From the IMG/VR virus record IMGVR_UViG_3300009873_000081, positions 1 through 64,000 of that record: 64,000 nucleotides of DNA. One strand, written 5' to 3'. The notes beneath the pieces were generated by a model that was not told where the DNA came from, made no database searches, and worked only from the letters and a program-made list of their open reading frames with translations. This DNA is from a virus. Taxonomy: Duplodnaviria; Caudoviricetes. The translations under genes and the position numbers were made by a program. Shown here piece by piece: positions 48,551-57,678 of this stretch. The first letter of the stretch is position 1. The number at the start of each line of letters is the position of its first letter.

Positions 48551-48774
48551 ACACTTTTATCAAATTTATGCACTACAATCGTTTCGGGTGGGTTAAGATC
48601 AGTGCGGTTGCTTTCGAGAATTACAAGTGGGACGTGGGCAGCCAGAGTAAAGAGGAAGATAAAGAACTTGTCCATAAGTTGCTAAACGCTCCTAAAGTTG
48701 TATTATACAGTTCGTTTACCTCCCTCGATAGTCTTTAGGAGCAACTTCAGTGCCTAACGCCGTGCTGCTCAAGA

Positions 48775-48969
48775 TTAATCAGTTAATTCGTGCAAATCTG
48801 GTATTTTTTCCAAGCCTTTTTCAAGTTCCAATCTGACAATTTTATGCCCCATCAGCTTTAGAATGATCGCATCTGTTAACTTCAATTTGCCGACATAATA
48901 CGAGGTTTTACCAACGTGAACAAACCCGCCTTCGACTAATTTTTGTTTTACACTTTCTTCTTCAGACAT
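48775..48969 (-). CDS. hypothetical protein
   Basis: short ORF in operon. Confidence 0.45.
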   Translation of the reverse strand: MSEEESVKQKLVEGGFVHVGKTSYYVGKLKLTDAIILKLMGHKIVRLELEKGLEKIPDLHELTD

Positions 48970-49505
48970 AGCAAAATCGTGCGGTTAAAGTGAATATAGC
49001 GCAGCAGCGGCCTTATACCTTTAAAACACCAATACCAGGGTACTGGGTTTATTCGGGTTTTAGCCTCGACTACAAAATTGGCTTTGTCGATCAAAGCCAT
49101 TAACTCGTCTTCAGCAAATTCGTGAAAGTGACGAGGGCCACGTAGAAACCTCGGACGATCAATTGGCGTCGAGATAAACAATCTACCATTATTGGCAAGC
49201 AACTGACAAGCAGATTCCAGACAAACCAAAGGATTCATCGGGTGTTCGATGACCTCAAAGCAAAAAACATAATCAAACTTTCTGTCCAACGAAAACTTGT
49301 AGTCGAGATCAAAATGGGTATTCTCAATAGAAAATCCTAACAAAGACTCCAACGATTCGGTGAGCTTGGTGCGATCACCCAAATCGAGAGCACTGCTACC
49401 TTCAAATGAAAAATTTTTTAACCATTGCAAAGTCAGCTTCCAGCGTTTTTCTACATCTTGCCTTAAGCCATACTCTTCATCAACACTATGCTTTAGATCG
49501 AGCAT
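48948..49505 (-). CDS. class I SAM methyltransferase
   Basis: ALDLG, FDYVFCFEVIEH, GRLFISTP. Confidence 0.85.
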   Translation of the reverse strand: MLDLKHSVDEEYGLRQDVEKRWKLTLQWLKNFSFEGSSALDLGDRTKLTESLESLLGFSIENTHFDLDYKFSLDRKFDYVFCFEVIEHPMNPLVCLESACQLLANNGRLFISTPIDRPRFLRGPRHFHEFAEDELMALIDKANFVVEAKTRINPVPWYWCFKGIRPLLRYIHFNRTILLCLKKKV

Positions 49506-49511
49506 AGAATC

Positions 49512-50498
49512 TCAAAAAACGGTTTTTCGCATCAGACTTATTATATGGCCGCGATAGGCCAAGCTATTTAGGCAAGTTGAAAAGCAGGTTTCGCATTTGG
49601 TTGCGTTTAGGATCATGCGCCGTGTTCCTAAATTACCTGTTATATCATCGCCAAATTCGTTTTGGCAAACATAAATTTTACCGTCTGCTGCCATCACCAC
49701 AGCCGCACCGTCTAAAAACGAACAGGGGGAAGCTCTTTTGCCAGTACACATTTGCTGTAAATGGTCTTGGTTTAAAGCTTTTGATTTTATATTTCCTGTT
49801 TTGCGTCGGTAAATCTCTTTAAGCTCGGCTTCGGTATCGTTAGCAAGCTGAAAAAGCTCTGCACGATTTCTTAAATCATCACGGTTGTAAGCTGGTGTTA
49901 CGTTCCAAACAACGCCCAAATCTTTAGCTAAGGCTTCCAAGCGATTGATCTCGTCCGGTGTTTGAGTAGTAATAACGCTATTGATGGTCGTCTCAATATC
50001 GTATTTCTTGCTTAACTTTACACTTTCCACAGCCTTGTCAAAGGCTTTAGGAATACCACGAATCAGATCGTGACTTTCAATTCCGTCTAAGCTTATTGCT
50101 ACAACAAAGCGAATTCCTCGTAGATCACTGACCAACTTCAAATAATTCTCCAACCGATCCGGATAAAGACCAGATGTGTTCAAGTGTAATGTTTCAAGAC
50201 TGAACATACCACAAACCATTGCTGCAAACTGTGGCAGATCGCTATAGAGTAAAGGCTCTCCTCCAGTAATACCTACGTAAGAAACGTCTCTCAGCAAGCG
50301 ATCAGACAGATGTTTGTGCCACTCTCTTAGGTCAAGATCGGTAGACTTATTTTGCCAAATATTGCACATTTGGCACCTTAAGCTACAACGATCAACCAAG
50401 TTTATCGTCAAAGCCAAAGGCTTTTTGCTTAATTTAGCGTACTGATAGCGAAGAATAGGCAGCATATCAAAATCCCAATCTATCGGCTTCCAGGTCAA
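49512..50498 (-). CDS. radical SAM protein with SPASM/twitch-like tail
   Basis: CSLRCQMC, TGGEP, ISLDG...HDLIRG, DGKIYVC...CETC. Confidence 0.9.
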   Translation of the reverse strand: MTWKPIDWDFDMLPILRYQYAKLSKKPLALTINLVDRCSLRCQMCNIWQNKSTDLDLREWHKHLSDRLLRDVSYVGITGGEPLLYSDLPQFAAMVCGMFSLETLHLNTSGLYPDRLENYLKLVSDLRGIRFVVAISLDGIESHDLIRGIPKAFDKAVESVKLSKKYDIETTINSVITTQTPDEINRLEALAKDLGVVWNVTPAYNRDDLRNRAELFQLANDTEAELKEIYRRKTGNIKSKALNQDHLQQMCTGKRASPCSFLDGAAVVMAADGKIYVCQNEFGDDITGNLGTRRMILNATKCETCFSTCLNSLAYRGHIISLMRKTVF

Positions 50499-50877
50499 AT
50501 TCCTTCAAGCGTTTCTCTAACTGACTATGGCTAAAGCTCGTAGCGTCGAGGTCTTTGCCAAATTCGAGCAAATGAACAATCTCGTGTAACAGGCCATCGT
50601 CAGCAAGAAGATCACAGGCATCAATCAATTTAGCGTTGATCAAAGCGTTGCCAAGAAAACACAATGTATGAATGCACTCCACATATTTCTTTTGCCTAAA
50701 GAGCTTGGCAGTAATATTGATCCGGTCTCGTGCTACTGGCCGACTGCCTAAACTAATGATCTTCTCTTGAGTTCGTCGTTTGGCTAAAAGCCGTTTGGCA
50801 GTGTCTTTGTCTTTGGCAATGACGTAGCCGCCGAATTGGTTTCTGCCGACTGGATAGGATGTAAGAAAGTAAAGCAT
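50467..50877 (-). CDS. hypothetical protein
   Basis: ORF in operon. Confidence 0.55.
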   Translation of the reverse strand: MLYFLTSYPVGRNQFGGYVIAKDKDTAKRLLAKRRTQEKIISLGSRPVARDRINITAKLFRQKKYVECIHTLCFLGNALINAKLIDACDLLADDGLLHEIVHLLEFGKDLDATSFSHSQLEKRLKEFDLEADRLGF

Positions 50878-50894
50878 AGGCTACCAACTGTAAA

Positions 50895-51167
50895 TTAAGG
50901 CCTGTGTCCGACCTGGCTCACCAAAGATTCAACATCGTCGTAATTTAGCACTGGCAGTCCGAGCGCCTTCAAGTAAAGCTTTATATCTTCTTGCAGTTCT
51001 TTCACCGTCTCTCCGCTTGGACAGACTGGATCGACAGTAATGGCTCTTACTGAGCCGTCTTTGTTGTAGTAAGCTTCGTGAATGCCAAAATTCACAAACT
51101 TAATAACAGCTAAACTCTTACGAGAATCAACTTGTTCATGCTTGACAACTCGATAGTTCCAACTCAT
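50895..51167 (-). CDS. conserved phage hypothetical protein
   Basis: MSWNYRV...IHEAYY..DG motif. Confidence 0.7.
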   Translation of the reverse strand: MSWNYRVVKHEQVDSRKSLAVIKFVNFGIHEAYYNKDGSVRAITVDPVCPSGETVKELQEDIKLYLKALGLPVLNYDDVESLVSQVGHRP

Positions 51168-51168
51168 A

Positions 51169-51357
51169 TCAGCACCTGTAGATTAGCCAAGCTATACAAA
51201 CTAACAAACTGGCATAAGGCCAAATCTTAAGCTTAGCCAAGCCAAGCTGATGCAATTTTTGAATCCGATAGTCGTAAAGATTGAGCAACCCGCCCAGACA
51301 AATAAGCGCTAAAGGAAAAACAACCAACCAAGCCAAAATTGTTATGAACTTTTGCAT
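51169..51357 (-). CDS. small membrane protein
   Basis: two hydrophobic segments; GGAG RBS. Confidence 0.5.
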   Translation of the reverse strand: MQKFITILAWLVVFPLALICLGGLLNLYDYRIQKLHQLGLAKLKIWPYASLLVCIAWLIYRC

Positions 51358-51463
51358 CTGTTTATTCTCCGAGAAATTCTTGCCATCTTGTTGCGTTTTC
51401 GAGTTTTAGTCAAATAAGACACATTTCGTCTCGATCTGCCGTAGCCTTTTTTCGTTGCTTTTC

Positions 51464-51766
51464 TCATTGTTCGCTCTTGCTAGCTATCTTCGCTGTGTCA
51501 CCCGAATAGGTAATGTCCCAACGCCTGAACAGATAAGGTGTTGGCCATACAGGTACAGGCATAGGAACAGGATACGGCTGCGGTATGATCGGACTTGGGT
51601 TTTTTGCTCTCCACTCCTCAAGCAACTGCTTAACAGCAGTCAGATCAGACTTTGCGTTAATGCCTAAAGCAGCACCCAAGATTTGGTACAGTTCTTTGGC
51701 TTCTTCAAGATCGAGAGTAAACTCTTGATCTTTGATTTTCAGAATAACTACAGGTTTAGCTTCCAT
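51464..51766 (-). CDS. hypothetical protein with Pro-rich segment
   Basis: PQPYPVPMPVPVWP. Confidence 0.6.
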   Translation of the reverse strand: MEAKPVVILKIKDQEFTLDLEEAKELYQILGAALGINAKSDLTAVKQLLEEWRAKNPSPIIPQPYPVPMPVPVWPTPYLFRRWDITYSGDTAKIASKSEQ

Positions 51767-52055
51767 AAGATTATAACCCAGTTAAAATAGTAGTTCTGTT
51801 GAACCGACAGTAAAAGCAATGGCATCCTGTCTGAATTGTTTGCACATTCCTTTCGTTCATACTTTTACTCTGATAAAACGGTTTTCAGGTGGTTCGGTTC
51901 TTCTTAGCCGCATGCTACAACTATAGCAATAAGCTTCGTCCTCTGTAAGCATACCAAGATCATCTTCATCGCAACGAGGGCAGTTAGGCATTTTACCAGC
52001 TTGGGATCAAGAGTTACTTAGACCCAAGCTGGTAAAATGATGTCGTAAGTTGGTT

Positions 52056-52385
52056 TCATACATCTTCGTTAAAAAGTTGACACGGACAATCACCAATCTG
52101 CTCGTTGATAAAAACCAAACAACCATTTTCAGTGTGGCTAAACCTCTTGTGACCACAAACACAAACTTCATCATCATGTCGATTATCCATTTGCTTTACG
52201 GCTTCAAGAGCTTCTTCAACGTTATAGCCTAACCAGTCTTCATTTCTTTGATCCGACGAGTACAACCAACCGCCACTTGGCCCACACATTTCCAGAGCTA
52301 CACCTAAAGGCTCGTACCAAGCTTTAACGTTAGTATACCCTTTAGTTTCAAGAGCTTTCTTGATTTTCTCCGATCTGTATGACAT
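52056..52385 (-). CDS. hypothetical protein with C-terminal Cys/His cluster
   Basis: CVCGH...H...C...CPC. Confidence 0.55.
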   Translation of the reverse strand: MSYRSEKIKKALETKGYTNVKAWYEPLGVALEMCGPSGGWLYSSDQRNEDWLGYNVEEALEAVKQMDNRHDDEVCVCGHKRFSHTENGCLVFINEQIGDCPCQLFNEDV

Positions 52386-52429
52386 GGTTGCTATGGTTCA
52401 AGCTTTCCTTCAACTCGTTACCTTTTAGC

Positions 52430-52550
52430 TGCCGGTGTATCGGCACCTGAAGTCTACACTTCAGTTCTTGCTTCTACGAGGGTTCTTACCGACACTCACT
52501 CTCTGCAAGCGTTTAGGCTTTCGCCAAGTTCCGGTGTAACTCACCGTACT
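52430..52550 (-). ncRNA. putative TnpB omega-RNA scaffold and guide
   Basis: overlaps tnpB 3' end; AACGCTTGCAGAGA...CTCGTAGAAGCAAGAA pattern then hairpin CTGAAG/CTTCAG. Confidence 0.55.
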
Positions 52551-53616
52551 TCTTTAAGTTTAGAGCGGCATTCAAATCACGATCAATGGATAAACCGCAA
52601 TCGCAGGTGTAATTTCTATCCGAAAGAGTTAAATCTTCTTTAATTGAACCGCATTTTGAGCAAAGCTTACTTGATGGAAAAAATCTATCAGCCACAATAA
52701 CCTGCTTATTACGCCATTTGGCTTTGTATTCGACCTGCCGACGAATCTCACCAAATCCTATATCGTGAATAGCTCGCGCAAGTTTTTCATTTTTCAACAT
52801 TCCTCGGACATTCAAGTTCTCAAGTACAATTGTGGAAAAATTACCTGTTATATAGTCTGATAGCCTGTGTGCAAAATCTCTTCGAGTGTTAGCTATTCGC
52901 CAGTGCAAAACAGATAAACGTCCTGCTGATTTTATCTGGTTGTTACTACCTTTGGTTTTCTTAGAGTGTTGCCGTTGACGCTTTCTAAGTAATCGCAACT
53001 TCTTACCCAAAGGTCTAGGATTATCAAAAAATTTTCCACTTGATAATACAGCAGCATGCCTTAAGCCAAGATCAACACCAATAACTGCTTGGTTCTCACA
53101 AATTGTTGGTTTGATCTCGGTTTCAAGACATATTGCTACAAACCATCGTCTGCCTTCATAACTTACTGTAGTTGAAAGCAGTCTTCCGCTCCGTCGCATT
53201 GGTTTTGCCATTTTTACGAAACCAATTTTTGACAATCTAATCTTGGTGTCTTTAATATAGAAAGTTCCAGGGCCGTTATCAATTCTTGCTGATTGTTTTC
53301 CTGTTTTCTTTTTAAATCGAGGGTATTTGCCCAATCCCTTAAAAAACCTATCAAAGGCAACACCCAAATTTAAGATTGCCTCTTGCACAACACGTTTTGG
53401 TGATTCATACATCCACGGAAAGTACTCACCTTTGATCTCGTTAAGACCTTTGTTAAGCATTTTGACATTTGGCTTTTGACCGTCTCTACGAAGTGTTTGC
53501 CACATTTCTAAAGCCCAATTATAAGCAAAACGAGATGCTCCAACAGCTTGTTTAAGCTTTTCTTCTTGAAAGACGGTTGGATAAATACGAATCTTCTCTG
53601 CTGCATGAGTTTTCAT
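52513..53616 (-). mobile_element. tnpB: TnpB RNA-guided nuclease (IS605/IS607-type, solo)
   Basis: IRIYPT HTH, GVDLG, VLENL, PSSKLCSKCG Zn ribbon, DRDLNAA; D-E-D intact. Confidence 0.95.
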
Positions 53617-53981
53617 TGGATTTGCCTTCCTTCAACTCCACGTTCGATTCTGGCTTTAGTACGTTTGTTAAGCCATTCTAACGCCTTTTCCAAGTGATAA
53701 TTAGCATAGCCATTTTCTGGACATTTAAATTGACCACTTTGGAAACCATTCAACCGATCAATCACGATTGCAATCAAATTTTCGTTTGTGCAACCGTTGA
53801 CTCCTGCCTCTTGAATTGCACCGTTTTGGAAACTAATCGAGGCAAAAGGCTTATGTCCTTCGCAAGGCACACGATCTTCAGTTGGATAGACTCGATACTC
53901 ATGACAAGCGCCACCTATTCCAGGTAGCCCTAAGCACAGGACTTGTGTACGACCAGGTTCACCGATTTCGACTTTTCTCAT
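53613..53981 (-). CDS. tad1: Tad1-like immune-signal sponge (anti-Thoeris/CBASS)
   Basis: GGACHEY...ISFQNG...DRLNGFQSGQF..PEN...HLEKALEWLNKRTKARIERGVEG matches the Tad1 family pattern as I recall it. Confidence 0.8.
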   Translation of the reverse strand: MRKVEIGEPGRTQVLCLGLPGIGGACHEYRVYPTEDRVPCEGHKPFASISFQNGAIQEAGVNGCTNENLIAIVIDRLNGFQSGQFKCPENGYANYHLEKALEWLNKRTKARIERGVEGRQIQ

Positions 53982-53993
53982 AAAGGTTCCTTT

Positions 53994-54527
53994 CTAAAAA
54001 GCGCTCTTTGAACATTGTTCGTTTAAAACAGGCAAGCGCCCTTCTGATTTCAAAGCATTAAGTATATGCCACACACTGGTTCTTGGTACTCTATTTCCAA
54101 GTTCTTCGGTAATCTTTTCTATATAGCATGTTGACGGATTCGATCTCTTTTGAATCGCTTTTTCATAGGCTAAAAGAACAACAGTCTCTCTTTCCGTATT
54201 CAGCGGCACAGATGAAACAAGTGTTTTCAACTTAACTTTTGGTTGCTTCGGATTTGAGTACCGATGGCCCCCATGAGCTTTTAAAATATCAAAAGCCTGT
54301 CGTTCACTAAAATCAAACCATTCTCCTCTTACACATTTGCTATCCCAAATATCCTGGATTTCTTTCTCTTTCTCCACAGGATCGTCACATTCTATAGCCC
54401 CAAATACTCTTAGTTCCCTCGGATTGCCAACTTGCAATTGTTGCAGCCTCAATTCAGCACTATCCGTTGTAGAACCTATCTTGAAAAAACTGTTCCGCTC
54501 ATCCTGAATAAAATAAACAAATCCCAT
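53994..54527 (-). CDS. T5orf172/GIY-YIG domain protein
   Basis: GFVYFIQ...FKIGST...RLQQLQVGNP...RGEWF. Confidence 0.85.
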   Translation of the reverse strand: MGFVYFIQDERNSFFKIGSTTDSAELRLQQLQVGNPRELRVFGAIECDDPVEKEKEIQDIWDSKCVRGEWFDFSERQAFDILKAHGGHRYSNPKQPKVKLKTLVSSVPLNTERETVVLLAYEKAIQKRSNPSTCYIEKITEELGNRVPRTSVWHILNALKSEGRLPVLNEQCSKSAF

Positions 54528-54576
54528 TTGTGTGTCCTATAAGATAGACATAGTAAAGACAACAACTTAGTTAAGC

Positions 54577-54662
54577 TGTCCGAAACTTTCGGACAGAAGG
54601 TGTCCGAACTGTCCGAGAAAGTGTCTTAAGACTGTCCGATAGGGGTGTCCGAGCCTGTCCGA
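54577..54662. repeat. cluster of TGTCCGA heptamers
   Basis: 6 direct copies and 1 inverted copy in 86 bp. Confidence 0.8.
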
Positions 54663-55720
54663 TGCAAAAGAGACACAGAACCCTTAGAAGGGGAGACCAA
54701 GTCTTGAATTTCTCTTAGTTGTGCCTCCACCTGCCACTTTTTGACTCCAAACTTATCAGCGATCTCTCGAATAGAGATTTTCAAACTGCCTTTTGCTTTC
54801 ATCTGACAGGCTTCTACCCAAGTCTCAGGCTCTGATATTACCTTAGCCTCGATCACTCTTGGCTGTGCAGCTTCTTGCACAGTTGGTTTAATCGGCACAG
54901 AGAAGCCGGCTTTAGCAGCAGCAAAGGTTTTTCTGTAGGTCAGGCTCTCCTCTTCAGTATAACCGTGTACCTCGCCTTTTAGCTTCGGGGCCTCAATATC
55001 CGGTTTATCTGCTACCTGCACTTGGGGCTTGAGCTTTTCCGGCTTTGTCACTTCTTCTACTTTCCAAAGTATTGTTCCCCAGTGATAGCCAAGCGGTGTG
55101 CAAGCAAAGAACATGAACGAGAGCATGAAAGCCTGTAACTCATTATCAAACTGCAACATTGCTCCATGATAGATCATAGTACAGGCTGTTAGTTGCGCAA
55201 TATAAGCACAAGAGAGCAGTACATTTTTCCACTCGGTATGCACCAAAGTAGCGAAGAATGCCAGCATGATCGCCATAAGCGAAGCCGAAACTCCGAATTG
55301 AATGCCAGACAGTCTGCCAAAGAATGTATCAGCATCTTTTCGTCTCTGTGTAAACTCCGCTTTAACTAAAGCTTGATGCCGCTCAACCAAAGCATAGTAA
55401 GGTTCCCAAACCCGGTCGATCTCTTTATCAGCCGCAGCAATTAGTTCTGAGTAAGGATTGAACAGGTCTTTAGCTCGCATCGCTCTTTGATTGAGTGTAT
55501 CATAAACGGCCTTCGAGCGCTCAAAACTCAAGGCTCGGATTTCAGCCTTGCTTTTTTCTGCCTTCACGTCATTCTTTATTTGGATTGAGTCTAATTTGGC
55601 TCTTTCTTCTTTAGCTAAATTGACTAAAACCCGCTCACCGTTAATGAACACTTGAAAAGAAAGCTCACCGGCGAAAAGCACAGTAAAACAAATTCCTATA
55701 AATATTCTTCTGAGAACCAT
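54626..55720 (-). CDS. membrane protein with coiled coil and C-terminal HTH
   Basis: TM helices; SIREIADKFGVKKWQVE. Confidence 0.7.
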   Translation of the reverse strand: MVLRRIFIGICFTVLFAGELSFQVFINGERVLVNLAKEERAKLDSIQIKNDVKAEKSKAEIRALSFERSKAVYDTLNQRAMRAKDLFNPYSELIAAADKEIDRVWEPYYALVERHQALVKAEFTQRRKDADTFFGRLSGIQFGVSASLMAIMLAFFATLVHTEWKNVLLSCAYIAQLTACTMIYHGAMLQFDNELQAFMLSFMFFACTPLGYHWGTILWKVEEVTKPEKLKPQVQVADKPDIEAPKLKGEVHGYTEEESLTYRKTFAAAKAGFSVPIKPTVQEAAQPRVIEAKVISEPETWVEACQMKAKGSLKISIREIADKFGVKKWQVEAQLREIQDLVSPSKGSVSLLHRTGSDTPIGQS

Positions 55721-55781
55721 AGTTGCCGTAACTCATGTTGCTCCTAACCCACCGCACACCGTCCTATCCAACCCGTTTATT

Positions 55782-55850
55782 TAAAAAAGTCCGGACAGCC
55801 TGTTTTGCTGTTAGATACGCACCTTTGGAGGAGCGGCTGCCCGGACTGCT
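55782..55850 (-). terminator. terminator-like hairpin
   Basis: AGTCCGGGCAGCC/GGCTGTCCGGACT stem plus T-run. Confidence 0.55.
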
Positions 55851-56301
55851 TTCATATCAAGAGCGCTCACATCTCCATCTGGGAGAGCCTCGTGAGCGCT
55901 CAATCTTGATGCACTACTTCAACACAGGATTTGAAGCTTGGCATCGAATAAGGCGCCAGCGATTGTTACTTAAGGGTTACTGGGGAGACCAGATTTAAGT
56001 AACAATCTGCACTGCTAGCCCAGTGCTTTAACTGGCATAATGCTGGTCTCGATTATTTTTAAAGTAAAGCTCCAAGCAAGCTTGCGTGTAACATTTGCTT
56101 CGGGATGAGCTATAGTTAATTTGCCTGCCTGGAGCCGTTTTCTATTCATACCGATCAAACAAATATTCAAGCACGTCAGCCCAAGTCGCATCAGGATCGT
56201 CTTTCTTTTTCTCTTCAAGTAGAGCTTGCATCAAGTCCAATAGTTCGGACTCTGAAATCGTCATGATTTTGCCTTTGCGATCCCAAGAGAAAAATTTGCC
56301 G

Positions 56302-56577
56302 TTATGTTTTATTTTCACTTTGCTCGTTTTCGATTGCAAAATACAGATTAAATGCCGAGTGCATAACATCAACACATTCTTGTTTGGCTAATTCCAATCT
56401 AAAGCGTGTATGTGCACTAACAACTTCACCAAGCTCCTCAATACACGATTTAACATGCCGAAATACGGCACCAGTATTAGTCGTCGTCTCAAACCCGTCG
56501 TAAAGCTTGGCTTTGTCTATGATTCTTTTTCTAACAACAGCAAGTAAATTATCAATCTTCTCTTCTGGCGTCATCAC
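56302..56577 (-). CDS. MazG-like nucleotide pyrophosphohydrolase
   Basis: IEELGEV...QECVDV (EExxE...ExxD). Confidence 0.65.
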   Translation of the reverse strand: MMTPEEKIDNLLAVVRKRIIDKAKLYDGFETTTNTGAVFRHVKSCIEELGEVVSAHTRFRLELAKQECVDVMHSAFNLYFAIENEQSENKT

Positions 56578-56731
56578 TATGGCCCTCCACCATTGGAGCC
56601 GCCGCCTGAATTTGTTTGCACGTTATTCTCCTGATTTCCAGATGTTTTTGTATTTCAAATAGCTCGATTCTTCTTCGCTATCGTCGTCAGCATCGTCGTC
56701 ATCAACAGTATCCGACGATTCAATCAAAGTT

Positions 56732-56914
56732 TCATTTTCCACAGATCAACTCCTTTTTGTTGCGTCTGAACCAAACCCGCGCTGGATTCTTATTGGTTCC
56801 CTGCCAATAAATTTTATTATCAGCTCCACACGTGCCAATAAAACCAACTCGATTTTCAAACCAACTGCGCCACACAAACAATGCTGCTGGCAAAAGAATA
56901 GTGTATTGGGTCAT
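56732..56914 (-). CDS. hypothetical protein
   Basis: short ORF in operon. Confidence 0.4.
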   Translation of the reverse strand: MTQYTILLPAALFVWRSWFENRVGFIGTCGADNKIYWQGTNKNPARVWFRRNKKELICGK

Positions 56915-56929
56915 AATCCAGTCTCATCT

Positions 56930-57124
56930 CTATAGTTCAACTCCTTGTGCCCTTAAAACATCTTCAAGCTTTTTAACTCGCTCAGTAAGAGACGGTTCTT
57001 TGATTCCAACAACTTCTATCAGCAAACAATTCACATATTCACTCAAATTACCGTTACTGAGTTTCTTGAGTTTGGCAACTAAAGGCTTATCCAAGCTCAT
57101 AGCGATTACTTCTTTACGGGTCAT
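56930..57124 (-). CDS. ribbon-helix-helix-like regulator
   Basis: KEVIAMSLDKPLVAKLKKLSNGNLSEYVNCLL; first gene after the divergent promoter. Confidence 0.65.
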   Translation of the reverse strand: MTRKEVIAMSLDKPLVAKLKKLSNGNLSEYVNCLLIEVVGIKEPSLTERVKKLEDVLRAQGVEL

Positions 57125-57134
57125 CTAACATTAC

Positions 57135-57325
57135 ATTCGTTATTAAAAAATTTCGTTATTAAAAAATACAATATCAAACAAAACTCACGCTTATAATATA
57201 TTATAAGAAAACTATAAAGTCAAGCTTTTTCTTTTGCCTCTTTCGGCCTTATAGCACCCGTTAGATGTTTTTTAGAGAAAGAAAAAATCACTTGACTTTT
57301 GGATTAAATTTGCTTAGATTGATTT
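57135..57325. promoter_or_regulatory. divergent promoter / switch region
   Basis: minus TTGACT-N17-TATATT; plus TTGACT(57292)-N17-TAGATT; tandem TTCGTTATTAAAAA; palindrome CTTATAATATATTATAAG. Confidence 0.7.
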
Positions 57326-57326
57326 T

Positions 57327-57450
57327 GTGCAGGCATAGCTCTCAACAAAAGTCCTTTCCTTCTTAGGAAAGATTCCATTAGCACAATAACAGCCCCGCGA
57401 GTTTTGTTGAGACCCTGCACAAGTTTCTGACTCGCGGGGTTTTTATTTTT
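57327..57450 (+). promoter_or_regulatory. attenuator-like leader
   Basis: X-Y-X'-Y' inverted repeats; CCCCGCGAG/CTCGCGGGG plus T-run. Confidence 0.65.
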
Positions 57451-57653
57451 GGCCGGTTAGAGAGAAGGAATATCGGCGTCAAACGGCGGCGCGTTACAGC
57501 CTGAGAATTTGCGGATGAACCGAAAGGACAAATGAAAGTCCGAGGCCTGTGGAATTCAGGCCAGTCTAAAAATGGATTGTAGGGAATCGCGTTTATATCA
57601 GGCTTAACCAAGTTAAAAAACTTGGAACACGGGTTCGAGTCCTGTACCGGCCA
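57451..57653 (+). ncRNA. tRNA-like RNA with large multi-hairpin insertion
   Basis: 7-bp acceptor GGCCGGT/ACCGGCC plus A; T-arm ACGGG-TTCGAGT-CCTGT. Confidence 0.7.
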
Positions 57654-57678
57654 CAAATCAGGCAGCGATGACCGAAAT

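Noticed and set aside
51991-52037. Perfect 15-bp inverted repeat TTTTACCAGCTTGGG
   Set aside because: Adequately explained as a terminator or processing hairpin; no other copies seen
54577-54662. CRISPR mini-array
   Set aside because: Repeats are only 7 bp with irregular 2-17 bp spacing
57451-57653. Canonical tRNA-Arg(ACG) or tmRNA
   Set aside because: No U33, about 130 extra nt, no G3-U70, no evident tag ORF
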